64,000 nt of DNA from a virus (lineage: Duplodnaviria > Caudoviricetes): positions 8,360-72,359 of IMG/VR virus record IMGVR_UViG_3300009169_000019; one strand, given 5' to 3'. The position numbers and the translations under genes are program-made. The notes beneath the pieces are model-generated. The model did no database searches and had not been told where the DNA came from. It saw nothing but the letters and a program-made list of their open reading frames with translations. Shown piece after piece: positions 19,695 through 34,600 of the stretch; positions within the stretch are counted from its first letter, which is position 1; every line of letters starts with the position of its first letter.

Positions 19695-22600
19695 TTAACA
19701 TATTGATTTTAAGATGTTACCAATTTGAAGAGGAGTGTATCCAATACTTTCTAATAATTTACTATTTATTTTTGAAACAGGATAAGAAACTGCGTCTTTT
19801 AATGTAATTGTTTTACCACTTACAACTTCTGCACCTTCAACACTAGTGGATTGTTGAGATGACAACAAACGTTGTTGAGCTAACTTCAATCCTTCTAAGA
19901 AAGCTTTATCAATTAATTCATTTGTATTATGTGTAAAGTTTTCATATTGAAGAAGTTTTTTAGCAGCTTCTGAATTAGGATTTTGAATAAAGCTTTCTAC
20001 AACTAAATCTTTCATTATTTGTAAATTAGCACGTTTACCTACCTCTGTAAGTTTAGGAGCTATTTTTACACCATATCCACCTTTTGCTACATAAGCATCG
20101 TAAGTAACTTTGTCAAACTTACCATTTTTATTTGATTGATAAGCATGTTCTACACTTCCGTATTCTCTAGTGACACCATCAATACTTTCATAACTAAACT
20201 TTCGTGGAGCTAAATTAGATAATATTCTTGTAGAAGTGGTTGATTCAGCTTGTCCCCAATATACATTAATAGTTCCTTTAGGTTGAACACTAGCGGATGG
20301 TTGGACCACTTTAGTTGCAGGAGTTATATTATAAAGATGAACGCTACCTCCATCCATCAATGTTTTACCTGCATATTTAGCACCTTTTTCAAAATTAGCC
20401 CATGTACCAAATCCCTCAGCTTTAGCAAACTCATCTTTGGTGTAAGAAAATCCATTACCTACAACTTTATCTCCCTGAAGTTTTACAAACCCTCTGTGAG
20501 TGATATTAACTAAGTTACCTTTATCTGTAGTGTATACACCATCTCCTTTATAGAAAGAATTATGATAACTACTGTTTCTTACAGTGGTTGTTGCTTGTCC
20601 AGTTTGTACCCAATCTTCAATAATATTTAATTTAATTTCACCAAGGGGTTGTTGTTTTTGTATAGATGTTTGTAAAGTTGGTTGATTTAATATTGTAGCA
20701 GCAGCTTGTGGATTTAATTGTTGTAATGTTTGTATTGCCGCTTGTGTAGCTTCTTGAAGATTACGTAATGTCTCTTGTGTTACTGCTGGAACACTTGCTA
20801 AAGAACTTATTGAAGGTGTTTCTTCATATTGAGAAGGTTTTTTATATCCTTCAGGAGTAACAATATTATTCTTTTTAAGATTAGATTGTAACTGATTTTC
20901 CATTGATGTTTCGGTGTAATTTCTTCCATCACCTGAAGCAACAATTGGTGAATAAATAGCGTATTCTCTTTCTTTAAATTTTCCTTGAATTGTTTTGTAA
21001 CCAATTCTTTGATGAAGATAAGTGTCAAATGCTTTATAGAGCTTACCAAATTTCTTCAGTTTTTCAATCTGACTATCAGTTATTCCATTCTTACGTTTAG
21101 AAGTTGCAATGTATTCATAATTTGAATCAGAGTAATCTGTATCTAATAATACATTACCTGTATACTTTTCAAACTTTTTAAATTGGGGTCTTATTACAAT
21201 ATTTCTATCAGATTTATTATTTTGATGAAATTGCTTCCATACCAGATTAGGATCAATAGTAAATTCACTATTCATATATACATCTAATATACTATTAACC
21301 ACTTGACTATACAAATGTGCGGGCAATATTTTAGTATAATTAATTGTACTATCTTGAAGACCTGACTGAAGAATACTAAAAATAGAAAGATTGTATACAA
21401 AGTTTTCAAGTTGTGTATTACCAGAAGCCTTTGCGTAATCTAATAAATTGTTTATAGACTCAATTAATACATCATTTTTAAATGTAGTCATTTTATTTCT
21501 AAACAGTTTAATATTATCTTGATCATCAACATTATTGGCAAATATAGGTATTAGTTCTTTAATTGCTAAATTTTGAGATATGTTATAATCTTCAGAATTT
21601 TTAAGTAATTGTAATTGTTTAGTGATAGAATTTTCTCCCATCATTAATTCTTTAAACTTAGCAGATATATTTGTTTCAATCTCCCCAAGTTTAAAATTTG
21701 TATTCTGAATAACATATGTAATAAAAAATCTCTGATATTTATTTATTAATAATGACTTATCATCATTGGAAATAAACTTTTCTCTGTCTTCTAAAAACTC
21801 ATACATTTTTTCAAATACAGGATATGCTCTTCTATCTAATGAAATAAACATGTTTTCAAATACGGAAAAAAGATCTTCTTTTTGTTTTTTCATTTCCCCA
21901 ATAAATGTCTTATCTAAAATAGAATCCGGGTTCTTAATAAATCCTGCTTCAAGCATTCTATTCCATCTAATAAGCTGCAATTGATTTTCAATAATAGTTT
22001 TTGTTTTTTTATTATCATATCCTATTGCACCAATAAATTCAGTAAGATAGCTTGACTGCTCAACATAATCTAAATAATCTGTTAATAACATAATCTGCAT
22101 AGCTGCATCATCTTCTGTAATCTTATATTTAGGATTATTTAGATTTTTAATTGCATTCTTTAACTCATCTACTGTTGGCTTTTTATACTTGTTTTTGATT
22201 TCATTAATTCCTTGAAATAATTTTTCTTTAAGAGCTTTTATTTCCACTCTTAAATTAATCACTTCTTGTTCATTAAGACTTTCTGTAGTATTTAATATAT
22301 TTGTTTTTTCATTAATCTGATCAATAACAGAAGACATTTCATTATTGTATATTTTCACATATTTAGAAATACTATTAATAAAAATTTGCTCTCTAAAAGT
22401 TACATTTTTATTTACTTTTCTGAAAATTGAGTTATTCATGTTTTCTGACTTCATAAAATTCTCAACAGCAGGTTGATTAAATAAATATGCAATTTCTTTC
22501 ATTGGCACCCCAAGCTTTTGTAAATAGAACCAAGTGCCAGCAGTATTAAAATTAATATTTAAAGAAAATACAAAAGGATCTTTAGCAGCATCTACAAATC

Positions 22601-25600
22601 CAGAAAGTGCTTCAGATATATTTTCAGAAATCCATCTACCTTCAGCATCTGTTTTAGCATTTATGTAAAACTCACCTAATTTAGACTCGTTATGAGAAAG
22701 ATTAATACTTATTGCTTTTACATATTTTCCATCTTCTGTTTTAAATTCGGGATCATATTTAACTAAGAATTTCATTTTTGAAACTTCATACTTACCAGAT
22801 AATACAATATCTGAAATTTGTGACATAATGTGACTTGTAGATTGCAATGCTGCAATACCAACAAGACGCTTACCAGTTAAATATCTTTCACGTGTTTCAG
22901 CTGATTGAATAAATTTACGAAGAGCAAGCATAGAATTTTCAGCATCTTTCTTTCCTTTAAGATCATTAATTTCATTAGCTAATGATTTAAGAGTGGCTGT
23001 ACTATTAGGCATTATAAGCTGACGATAGTTTTCTGGCATGGAAATTAATTCTTCCATAGTTTCTCTTAATTCATTTTGAAGAGATTCCATACTATCTTGT
23101 CCGATTTCTACATATTCAATACTTTCAATAATGGGTGTAAATGCTTTATTATTAATCCTATTATTCTTAATAACATCTTTACGATATTTATTATACTTTA
23201 TTAACGCATCTTTAAATGTAGTGTAAAAAATATAATCTTCACCAGTGATGTTTTGCGCAACTAAATAATCTTCAAGATCTCCAAATTTACCCAATCCGCT
23301 TCCAGCTGAAAATTGATTTAAATCTTCAACCATGTCTTTAAATTCTTCTTCCGTAAGATTTTTAATTTTATTTTTTACAGTTTTTGGAAGATCTTTATAA
23401 TAGTCAGTTGATTTAAAATCATTTATTGTTTCCTTAGTGAATCTAGTATATTTTAATTTATAATTAGGAATATACAAATTCATTTTATCAATATCAAAGT
23501 CAGATCCTGCCTTACCTACTATTTCAGTAGGCACTACAATCATATCTCCACTTTCTCTTGGTAAAAATCCTTTTACTACTATATTTTCAATAGAGTTCAT
23601 ACCTTGTGTTGGAATACGAAAACCAATCATATTAAGAAGTCTCTTATCCATGTTTGCTGGTATTTGATAAACCCCATTTACAAGTTTCATTCCAAAATCT
23701 TCAGGTTCAACATTTTCAAAATACCAGGGAATATAAATTTCCATTTTGGAAATCTTTCCATCTTTTAATTCATAGAATTTTAAATCAGATGATGTAGGAA
23801 TAAGAGATTTAGTTTCATCTTCTGTTAACTGATCATCGGGTTTCATCTCAGTATATACACCGTCTTTTAAATACATCATGGTTCTGTTGGTAGAATTGTA
23901 TCCCGTAAATGCAACCTGTACAGCAGGTTTACCAAACATTTTAGCAGATATAACTCTGCTATCCATTATAGAGTTTAATATATTATCTATTTTATCTCTA
24001 TTAGCTAATGTATCAAATCTATATAACAATCCTTTAGTGTTAGGATTTACATCAAGTGCATCAACTAAATTAGAGGGAAGATCTCGTTTAGTTAATTCTT
24101 TACGTAAAAGATTAATCATGTTAGTGTAATCATTTACGGTGTAACTACCATCTTTTTCTTTTGTTATTCCTAATTCAACTAAAAGTTGTTCTTTACCTTT
24201 TTTAACTATATTTTCAATAAGTCTATTATAATTTGTAATTAATACTTCTGCTCGATCATTAATATATTTACCATTCACTTTAAAATTAGACATGATAAGT
24301 TTTGTAAGCTGAGTACCTCTAACTACTTTGTTTTTATAAACAGCAGGTTGTTCAGATTGAATACCGTAAAATTTAGTATATAGTGATTGAACTGGTAATC
24401 CAGAAGGTAATTGCCATTGTTTATTTTTTAATTCAATATTAACTGCACCATCATTTTTAATTATAGAAACAAACTCACCAGTTTTAGGATTAAGCATTGC
24501 CCCCACTTTTTCACCAGATTCAAATCCAATAACATCTATTTGATTATTTTGTGCAGCTAAATATAACTTTTCATATTCAGTGCCCTCAACACTTCTGTAA
24601 AATTTAGGTTGTACCGAGTGTTTTAAAAATACAGTGTGCATCATTGATGTGTTCACTGCATATCCAAAGTATTGAGGTTTAATTACAGGAAGAGGCACGT
24701 TAGGATTGCCTTTTTTAAGAATTCCTTCTGCCCATTTAACTGCGTATTTTCCTTTGTTATATGTTTTATATGCAGGATCTGTTTTAGATTTATTAGATCT
24801 TGCAACAACTTCATATGCAATTTCATAATCTATTTGATCTAATTGTTTTTGAGAAAGCTTACCACTTAAAAATAACATGTCCCTATACATATCACTCATA
24901 ATCCAACCTTGACCATCTGCCTCATTTAATTCTACATATGCTTTAATTTCTCCTGTAAATTTACCATCTTTAAGAATAAAGTTCTTAAATGTACCATCTT
25001 CATTAAAATTTGCACCCACTCTATTTTGTGCTTCTGTTAAAGATATACCATCTAAAAGAATCGACTTATATAAATTTTCAGCTATCTGCTTGTAAAAATT
25101 AGATACGGCAGTTACATCTTTAAATGATATATTTTTAAATGTTTGAATCTTTTCAGAAGCTCTTATTTTTTCATCAAATCTAGGAATTAAACTATCCATT
25201 TTAGATATAATGTGAGGATTGTCTACTATCGCATCTTTGGACGAATTGATACCATTAGCACGTTTTGCCAAGTCTTTATAAAGAGCAGGGTGTCCATATA
25301 ACAATTTATGTTGTTCTGTAACTGCAAGTTCTTTATTTATTGTAATATATTTTACAAGTTTTTCTAATTGATTTCTTGTTATGTTACTACTATCAATTTG
25401 AAAATAATCATTAAGCACTTGAGTATTAATAGCATCCGTTGTAAATTGATCTTCTGTAATCTGATTTATAATTCCAAGTTCTATCAATGCATCAATTGTA
25501 AAGTTTACAGTTTCTTTAAGATCGTTTTTAATAAGTTCTTTGATGACATTATCTGCTAAAAATTCTTCTTTAGTTATTTTACCAGCAAGTAAGTTTTCAA

Positions 25601-28600
25601 ATCTAACCTGTAATCCTGATTTTCTTTCACCTGATTTTTTAAGTTCCTTTTCTGTTTTAAATTTAAGAACATCTTTAAAGTGACCAAGATATTTTACATT
25701 ATCACTATAATATTGAATATTCGATTTTAAAGCTTTTTCTACTATTGCGGCATCAATTTCATCCTCTAAATGTTGTAAATAAATATCCAACACCTTATTA
25801 AAGTTAGGATTGTCAATATCATATTCAGCTATTCTTGCACTAATAAAAGGTTTAGAAAATGTTAATCCAAATTCTGAACTCTTATCTGAATTAATAATTG
25901 TAAAATAAATTGGTTTCAATCCTTCTTTATCTGCATTTATTATATAATTAATTTCTTGCATTATCCTGTCAGGATATGTAAGATTAGCTGTATCAACACC
26001 ATTTGTATCCATTGAAGTTACACCAGAAATAAGGGTGTAATCAATGTTATTTTTTTTATTACCATTTTCATCAAATATTAATCCTCCTGGTTTTAACAAT
26101 TGTGAATTAGTTTGATACGCAAATACATTCACAACTTGTTCTCCATTTTCATCATATCCCGCTGTACCAAATTGAGGATTCGATGCTACAAAATCAGCAA
26201 GTGTTTTAGATTCATTTAATGAAGAAAGAACATAGTTTATGCTAGCAGGCAATGTAATAGAATATTGAGTTTCTCCAGAAGCTGTTGTATGAGTTAAGAC
26301 TGAGCTATCGTATCTCATTATTTTCTCAATATCAATTAGCTTTTTCATATTACCAGACTCAGGTCCAATATTAGAATATAAATCTGCAATATTGATTATG
26401 CTATTTTCTTCATTACTAATAATTGAATTTTTAATTTTTATAAAAGAACTAATAACATCAGATCTTTTGTTTATTATATTCAAAGGAATATCAGAAATAG
26501 TTTTGTTTTCTTTATATTCAACTCCAGTAAATGCTACACCCATATCTTTTAAATACAGTAATGCTGTTTGAATAGATATGTTTTTATCATTATTATTTTT
26601 TAATTTTAAAAACTCTCTGTATTGAACGCTTTTTTTATCAAATACAATATTACCTGTATCATCAATTCCTAAAAGCTGATTATTATTTTCTTCTTTATCA
26701 GTTACAAGCTTAAGATTTCTTGGAAGTTCTCCCTGCCATTCTTCACGAATTCTATCTTCATTTGTGCTCTCTAAAGCATTCATTAAATAAATTGAAGAAT
26801 CTTCGTTGATGATAAGTTTTGAAGGTGTATTTTTTTTATTCATTAAGCTTTTTTCAAAGCCAATCAACAATTTTAAATCATCAATGTTTATATTTTCCTT
26901 TGTAAAATAATTAATTGCTTCACCTGAGTATTTTAATCTTTTTTTCAATTTGTTAATCCATACAAAATTAGGTTTGTATTGATTAACTTTTTTATCGAAA
27001 TACTTTTCATCAAGTTTTTTAAACATTGCTTTTAAAGCATCAACAAACAACACTTCTCCGTTTTGATCAACTTCTAATTTAGAATATGTACCATTCAATT
27101 CATTTAAAAGTAAATTTAATGTTGCATCATAATCAACAAGTTCAGGTAAATTTAACGAATTTTTCTTAGTGTATATTTGATTTGTTTTAGAATCATATAT
27201 ATCTTTAGTTAAACTACCAATGAGAATTTTAAATGACGTAGCAGTTAATCTTCTAGGATCTATATAGATTGTGTCTCTAATACCAGAAGTATCAACTACA
27301 TCTAATTCATTAGGAGCACTATCTTCTTCAGCACCATCTTTTACTTCTGCAAATTGTAATCCATACTTTTGTAATGATTGCTTTAATATATTATATACAA
27401 TTGTTGAATTTTGAAATGCATTTTCAATCATTGACGCATATCTATTCTTTTCACTAAACTTGTTGTATGCAATATTTTTTATTTCATTGTTTTCTTCTAC
27501 TGTTAAATTTCTACCGATTTGTTTTTGATAATTAATAAAAGTTGGTGCAAAATAATTTGTAAAAAATATGGATCCCTGTCCAAACAATTGTTCATAAATA
27601 TTAGACATACTTGTTTCAAAAAGCTTTCTTAATATTTTATTATTGTTTTCATCTTCTGTAAGAAGAGATTCAATATTTAAAGAAATAAAGTTTCCTTTAT
27701 TATCTGTAAATAAATTAGGATTATGAAGATTCTGAAAGAAATATGAACTTAACCCATCAATAAATTGTGTAGTAAATTCTTGTGTTGTATTTGGTACCAC
27801 CTCTCTATATGATGTACCCATTTCAGAAATATCCCTAGCAAATCTTACATTGGAATAATTACCTGCATTAATTTTATTAAAGAGTTTATTAATGGCGGAT
27901 TCACCTTCAGATTTTTCTTTTTTAGAAAGACCTACATATTTTTTTATTGTGCTCCAAAGATCTTTAAAGAACTGTTTAATTTTTCCAAAAAATCCTTTTT
28001 CTTCAGTGGATATTTGTTCTTGTTCAGAAAGAATATAATTTCTAAATTCTTCAGCAAGCATTTCTCTAACATCATAGTGTGATGCTTCAGAATAATTTTT
28101 TGTTTCTTTTGAGAAAGGATTAGTAAAACTTCCTTCTCTATTTCTAAATTCTTCAACAAATTCATTCTGTTCTTGTACAGTTAGATAGGCATTCCAAACG
28201 GCTTCAAATGCTTCATGAAAACCGGTTCCTATTTCTGCATTTTCATATATATAAACAATACTATTTTTAAAAGCACCCCAAGCTTTTCCATCAATTAATT
28301 CTGCAACTTTAACAACTTTAATATTTGGAAGTTTTGATTTAAACCATTCTTCTACTTTTTTAAAATCTTCAGTTTGTATTACAGATTGCTCAAGTTGTAA
28401 TCTATATGCTTCATTGGGTTTAACACCACCTAATCCAGCACTAAGAATATTTACACCACCACTTTGATTAAATGCTTTTAATGCTTCTTCTTTTTCTGAT
28501 TCAGAAAGAGGTTTTGGTTGTTCGGGAGAAACAGGTTCTACAAAAATACCCTGAGCTTGTATTTGTTCTAATCTTTTACCAATTGAAATAGGTTCAGTTT

Positions 28601-31600
28601 CAGCATTAATATTTTTACTGACTTGTTCAGCTACTGGTTGTGATTCGGTTTTAAAACTAAATGTAGGAATTTGTCCAGGAATTAATGTTATAGATTCTGG
28701 ATTTGTATTTTGTTTAATTTCGGGTTGTGCTGTTTCTTTTTCAATAGACGACACATCAGTAGCTGTTCCAAATTTAAATATTGGAATTTGACCAGAAACT
28801 AATTGAATTGCGGCACCACCAACTCCAGGTATTGTTACAGCAGATTGATTTTTATAATTAATAATAGGTTTAAAATCATCATCAACATTTCTATATGTAA
28901 GATTTGAACTTTTAACTTGAGGAGTGTTCACATCTGTTTCACTATACAATGGTGTATTGGTGTATACTACAGGAGTAGATGTTTTAAATAAATATTCTGT
29001 GTAATTTGAATATTCCGCGTCTATAATTACATTATTATCTTTATCTACTACCGGAACATAGAATGGAATATTTGTTTTTGTTAATAAAGAGTTATTAACC
29101 TGATGTCTTAATTCAGAAACAATATCTTCTTTATTTTCTTCAATGATAGATGGGTTTAAATCATACGGAGTTCTACCTCTATATAACATTCCAGTTTGAT
29201 TAATGTAGAACTTATTTTCCGATTCAATAACATTATCATCAGTTGCCCAAAATACCAATCCTTTAAAATATGATAAAATTAAATTTTTGTTTGCTTCTTC
29301 ATCGGTAGTTAATTTTTCAACTTTTTCTTTCTGATAAATTTTTGCATAATATTTAAGCAGACTAATAAAGTTATCTTTTTCTTCTTGGGTTAGCTGTCTA
29401 TTAAACAATCTAAAAATCTGACCATCATCTCTTTTCATATAAAGACGACCGGGCTTAATACCATCAGATTTATCTGTAGCAACTTTTAGTTTAATACCTT
29501 GACCATTTGGATGTCTTAAATTAGCAAAGTCAGTTGTATTTTCTTCAATAACTCTACCTTGTAATTCAAGTTCTTGAGGTAATCCATTTTCTCCCATTGG
29601 AAGCATCACTTGCTGACCTACAGTTTTTCCAGTGATAGGAATATACATATCAGCATTTTCAGAAACAGTAGCTCTGATATTTTTTACAAAATCTCTATAT
29701 TTAAAGATCATGTTGGTTATCTGCTCTTTTGTAACACCTTTTGTAGTAAATCTTTCTTCCACCCATTCTACCGCACTGCTTATATCACCAAATAATTGTT
29801 CTTGATTCATCCTCAAACTTGTATAAACAATATTATCAGATGTAGGATTATCTATTTTGTTTCCAACTATATCAACCGGAAAATAATTTTCACCTTCTTT
29901 TCTAACTACAACAACTTTAATATCATTTTCATCAATAGTAATATTATAAGGATCATTAGCTCTTGTTACAGGCATTAAAAAATATTCACCACCTTCTACG
30001 TTTACATTATCAGTAAATTTAAAAAATCTAGCATTACCGCTTTCTTGATTTATTTCTGTATCATTTTTATCTATATAATGTCTTCCAGTAGTAAGATATA
30101 AACCTGTTAAACCAATAAGAGGTCTTTTAAATTCATCTTCGCTTACAAATAAATCATCACCATTAACAACTTCTACAATATTTGCATCAGGATTTAATTT
30201 TGCGTTTTTAGCTCTTTCAGCAGTTGTGGTTTCAAATTGAATTCTTCTTCTTTCTTTTATATAACCAACTTCTTCAAATAATTCATTTTGAATATATTTT
30301 AAAAAGTCAACTCTTTCTTGAAGTGTAGATAGTTCTCCAAGTTGTGCCGATGCTTGTTGAAGTCTTTGTAGTTTTGGATAGAGCTCATTATTAATTTTAT
30401 CAAATGCATTTTTTGCATTTTTAAAAGCACCACTTAAATTAAATACTACTTGACTATATAAATTATTTTGAACAATCCCCTTTCGTAAAAATTTTAAAAA
30501 TTCTATTTTATCTGCATCTTGACTATTATCTTCTATTTCTTTCAAATATTTTGTAAGCCATGCTTTGCTATTATCACTATTAAGTATATCAATTACATCA
30601 ATATATTTACTTAATTTTTTCCAAATTTCTTTTGCTCTTTCAGAAAATTCTTTAAACTTTTCAATTAATTCTTTAAGTTCTTCAATTTCAAACTCCGTAT
30701 CTTCTACAAGTTTATCTACCTGTTCTTTGCTATATCTTTTTGTTATTAATTCTTTTCTATAATCTTCAAGTTTAGATTCAGCTTCACCATAAATTGTACC
30801 AGTTTCATCTGTTTGAAAAACTTCTTTAGTTTTTTCAATTTCATCTAATGCATTATAATAGTTATTTCTTGCTTCAACAAGAGATTCATTTAATGTATTT
30901 AAATCTTCTAATTCTTCATTTAAATTAACAATGGTAGATTCAATAGATTGAATAGCATTTGGAAAACTATTAATCTTTTCTTTCATTTTAATATACTCAG
31001 CCTTCTTTCTACCTGTTTTCGAAGGAGGATTTTTTTCTATATAATCTTGCGCACTAGCAAGTTCTTCCTGAAATAATTCTAATTCAGCTTGTAAATCCTG
31101 AAGTCTTTTACTGTTGCTTTCTTTTTTAGCTTTTGTTTCTTCAAGCTTTTCTTCAACACGATTAATTAAATTAACTAATGCTGATTGTTGATCTTCTAAA
31201 TCTTGAACATTTTGTTTTTCTGCTTCTTGTAAAAGAATTTCTTTATTTATAGAATCAATAATTAATCCAAATCCAGAAGGCTGTCTTTTAAGAGCATATT
31301 TCTCATAATACTTTAAATTGAAAGGTACTTTAATAACTTTCATTTTACTCTTAGAATTAGGGTTTTTATACTGCATGTAGAGTTTAAAAACTCCATCTTC
31401 AGTGTATTCACCAACAAGAGCAGCATCAACACTTACACTTGTATCTGTATAATCATTTTCGTCAAGTCTATGAGGCTTACTATATTTCTTATTAATTTTA
31501 ATTCTAAACTGCTTATCTCTATTTACATAGAAAAACCTTTCAAATAAATCAAGATTTTTAAAATTTTTAAGAAGACCAAACTCATTAGCAAATTCTTCTG

Positions 31601-34600
31601 CTGTTTTAGTTTCCAGAGTTGGTTGATAGTTTAATTGATATGTAATATTATCACCTTCAATAGAAACTATTTTAATAATATTTTTTGTATACTTTGATTT
31701 TTTTAATTTCTTATCTTCTGTAAGATAAAAGTTATTTTCTACAATTTGAATACTGCCAGGCTCACCATTAATGTCTACTACATCAATTGTAATTCTATTT
31801 GCATTCTCATCATAGATTTCATCTAATTGTTCTGCAATAGAATTTGCCTCTTCTATTGTTTCAAATTTATCAACATACGTACCTTTTGGAGAAAAAAGCA
31901 CATATTTATTTTTAAGTCTTAATACAAAGTGTTTATTATTTTTTGGATTTTTTTCAATATAATCCTTACCTGCATCCTCATACATTTTAGTGTCACCCAT
32001 CATTTCCATAATTTCACCAAGATGGGCTTGATGCAATCCTTCAAAGCCTGCTGGATTAGCAATAGTATTAAAATAACTTACAGCATCTTCAAAGTCTGTT
32101 TGTAAACGAAGATAGTCAAATATGTCCCCTACAGCATTATTAATAACATCTGTAGTGGTAATTACACTAACATCCGGGTTATCAAGTTTTAATATTTCAG
32201 ATATTGCTTGTGAATTTTCTTTTAGAAACTCTGCTTTAATTTTTTTAATTTCATCAACGTTATCTCCAGCTTCTTCAATTTGTGCAGAATATTTTTCAAC
32301 ACTTTCTTTATATTTATTAAATAAATCGAGTTTTTGTTTTTTCTCCTCTTTTAATTTTGGATCAGATGTTGCTTCAAACTCTTTTTGTAAAAGTTCTAAT
32401 TCTTTCTTAAGAGTAATGGAAGGAGAAGTTAAAGAATATAAAGAATTAAAATTTAAATTAGGAAAATTATTTTTAATATTAGTAAGAATTTCTTTTTGTC
32501 TTTTAGCAACATCTAAATAAGTAGATTTAGAAAAAGCCATTTGATTAATTGCTTCTTCTGCTGCCATATAGTTTGCAACTTCTGCATTATATTCAGGAGT
32601 ACCCACCTTATAATTTTTTGGATTATAGGGGTTTCCATAATTATCTCTTATTTTTTCATAAGTGTCTTTTACTTCTTTTACTTTTGATTCAAATGTACTA
32701 ACCAACCCAGTCATTACATTTTTAGATTGTTCTTCTGATAATCCATCATAAAGCGAACCTGCATATGCTTGTTTAAATTCATCTGGATTAAGATCACTGA
32801 TAGATTCTTTCATTCTATCAATAATAACATCCTCCATTCCAGACTTTACAATGTTTAATACATATTTATTAATAAAGTCATTTTTACTATCCCAATATTC
32901 TTTTTTTCTACCTTCTTTTCCATTTAATCTCATAGAACTATCAAGCTCAACAAGAGATCTGTAAAAATCAGTTTTATTGTTAGTGGATTGATTTAATAAA
33001 GCAACAAGTTTATTTCTTTCTTCATTTGCTCTTTGTACACTAGATTTATATCCATCTGTATTAACTGTTTTATCATATAAGCTTTTTGCACCTTTTATAC
33101 CACCACCTAATACATTTAAAATACCACCAGTTAAAAAACCACTCATGAATGTTTTTAAACCATCCATGGTAAGTTGTTCTTTAGCACCGGCATATAGAAA
33201 ATCATTAATTCCTTTTTGATTTAATCTTTGCTGTTCTGTACCATAATTATATAAATACCATTGTTTAGTAGCACTATCAATAACATCTTGTCCAGTTTCT
33301 TGTAAACCCTCAACTACATTTGTTTTAGCATATTCTAATGGAAACTTAATAAGTGTTTTAAATGGAGAAGTTTTTAATTGATGTGTAAAGGCAGCAACTC
33401 CTTTCTTTGCAACAAATAAATCACCACCTTCTTTAATTGTTTTCTTAGTGTTAGTGAATATACCTTTTGCTACTAAATCATCATCTAAAAATCTAGTTCC
33501 TTTAAAAGTTCTCAATATACCATCAAATGCAATCTTATCTGTTAAGGCAATCCATGCTGCCTGAACTGCACCTTCTGTTTGAACTGTTTCAAAAGCTTTC
33601 TGTTTAAGTTTAGTTTTTAATTCTTCACTGGGTTCAAAACCATTTATATTTTTATATTCTTCAATGGCAGTTTCATATGCTTCATTCATGACAGGTGCTA
33701 CAGTAGCTTTTGCTTCTGTAATGCCTGCGTTAAGCATTCTAAGATCTCTATAGAATGCTCCAAAACCACGAGCTGTAGTTCTTAAAGCACCAACACCTTG
33801 ACCAAATGCTCTTTGATCAATTCTTGCAACTTTAGAAAAATCTGTTATATACTCAGCAGTATTCTGTAAAGGATTAACAAATTTAGTCACTGAGTTGTTA
33901 AATATTTTTCTTAATACATTTGTAGACTGTAAAGACTTTTCAAGATTTCTAGTATTATTAATTACTTTTCCTAACTTAGATGCAAGTTGAATACTTCTTG
34001 CTGCTTGAATTTCAGATGCACCACCAAAAGTAGCAGCAGTTAGCGCACTTAATGCAAATTCTTCTGCTGCTATTTCTAATACAGCTCCTATTGCATATCC
34101 ACTTTGTTGTATCATATTGCTAAAGTTAGATACATTCCAAAATGTATTTCTATCTTCTTGTGTTTGAAAAATATGATATTTATTATTGAAATCATTTTGC
34201 CAACTGTTAATAGCTTCAAGTTCACTTTGTTTAAATGGACTATCACCTTTAAAAATATCCACGGTGTCACCCCACGAAAGAAACTGATCTTTCATCTGAC
34301 TGAGTGCTAATGAACCAGAACCCATTATAGCATTAGATAGTTTATTCCAATTTGTTTGTGCACTACCGTAGGTTTCTTCAATATCCATTCCAGGAATAAC
34401 ACCAATATCTTGAAAATAATCAGATTGTAAAGCAGATTGAAATCCTGGAACAGCAGGTGCTTCAAATCTTTGTGCTTGTATAAATGGATCTTGTTGTAAC
34501 TTTTGTTTTCCAAGTGCCATACCGCGATCTATATCGGCATCTGATAATCCTATCAATTTATATTGCGGTTGACTTGTAGAAGTTAATTTATCAAATGTTA

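Noticed and set aside
16700-19720. Split intein at the Cys-bearing junctions
   Set aside because: No Hint-domain blocks, no C-terminal HN/HQ followed by C/S/T, and the caps are only about 25-40 aa.
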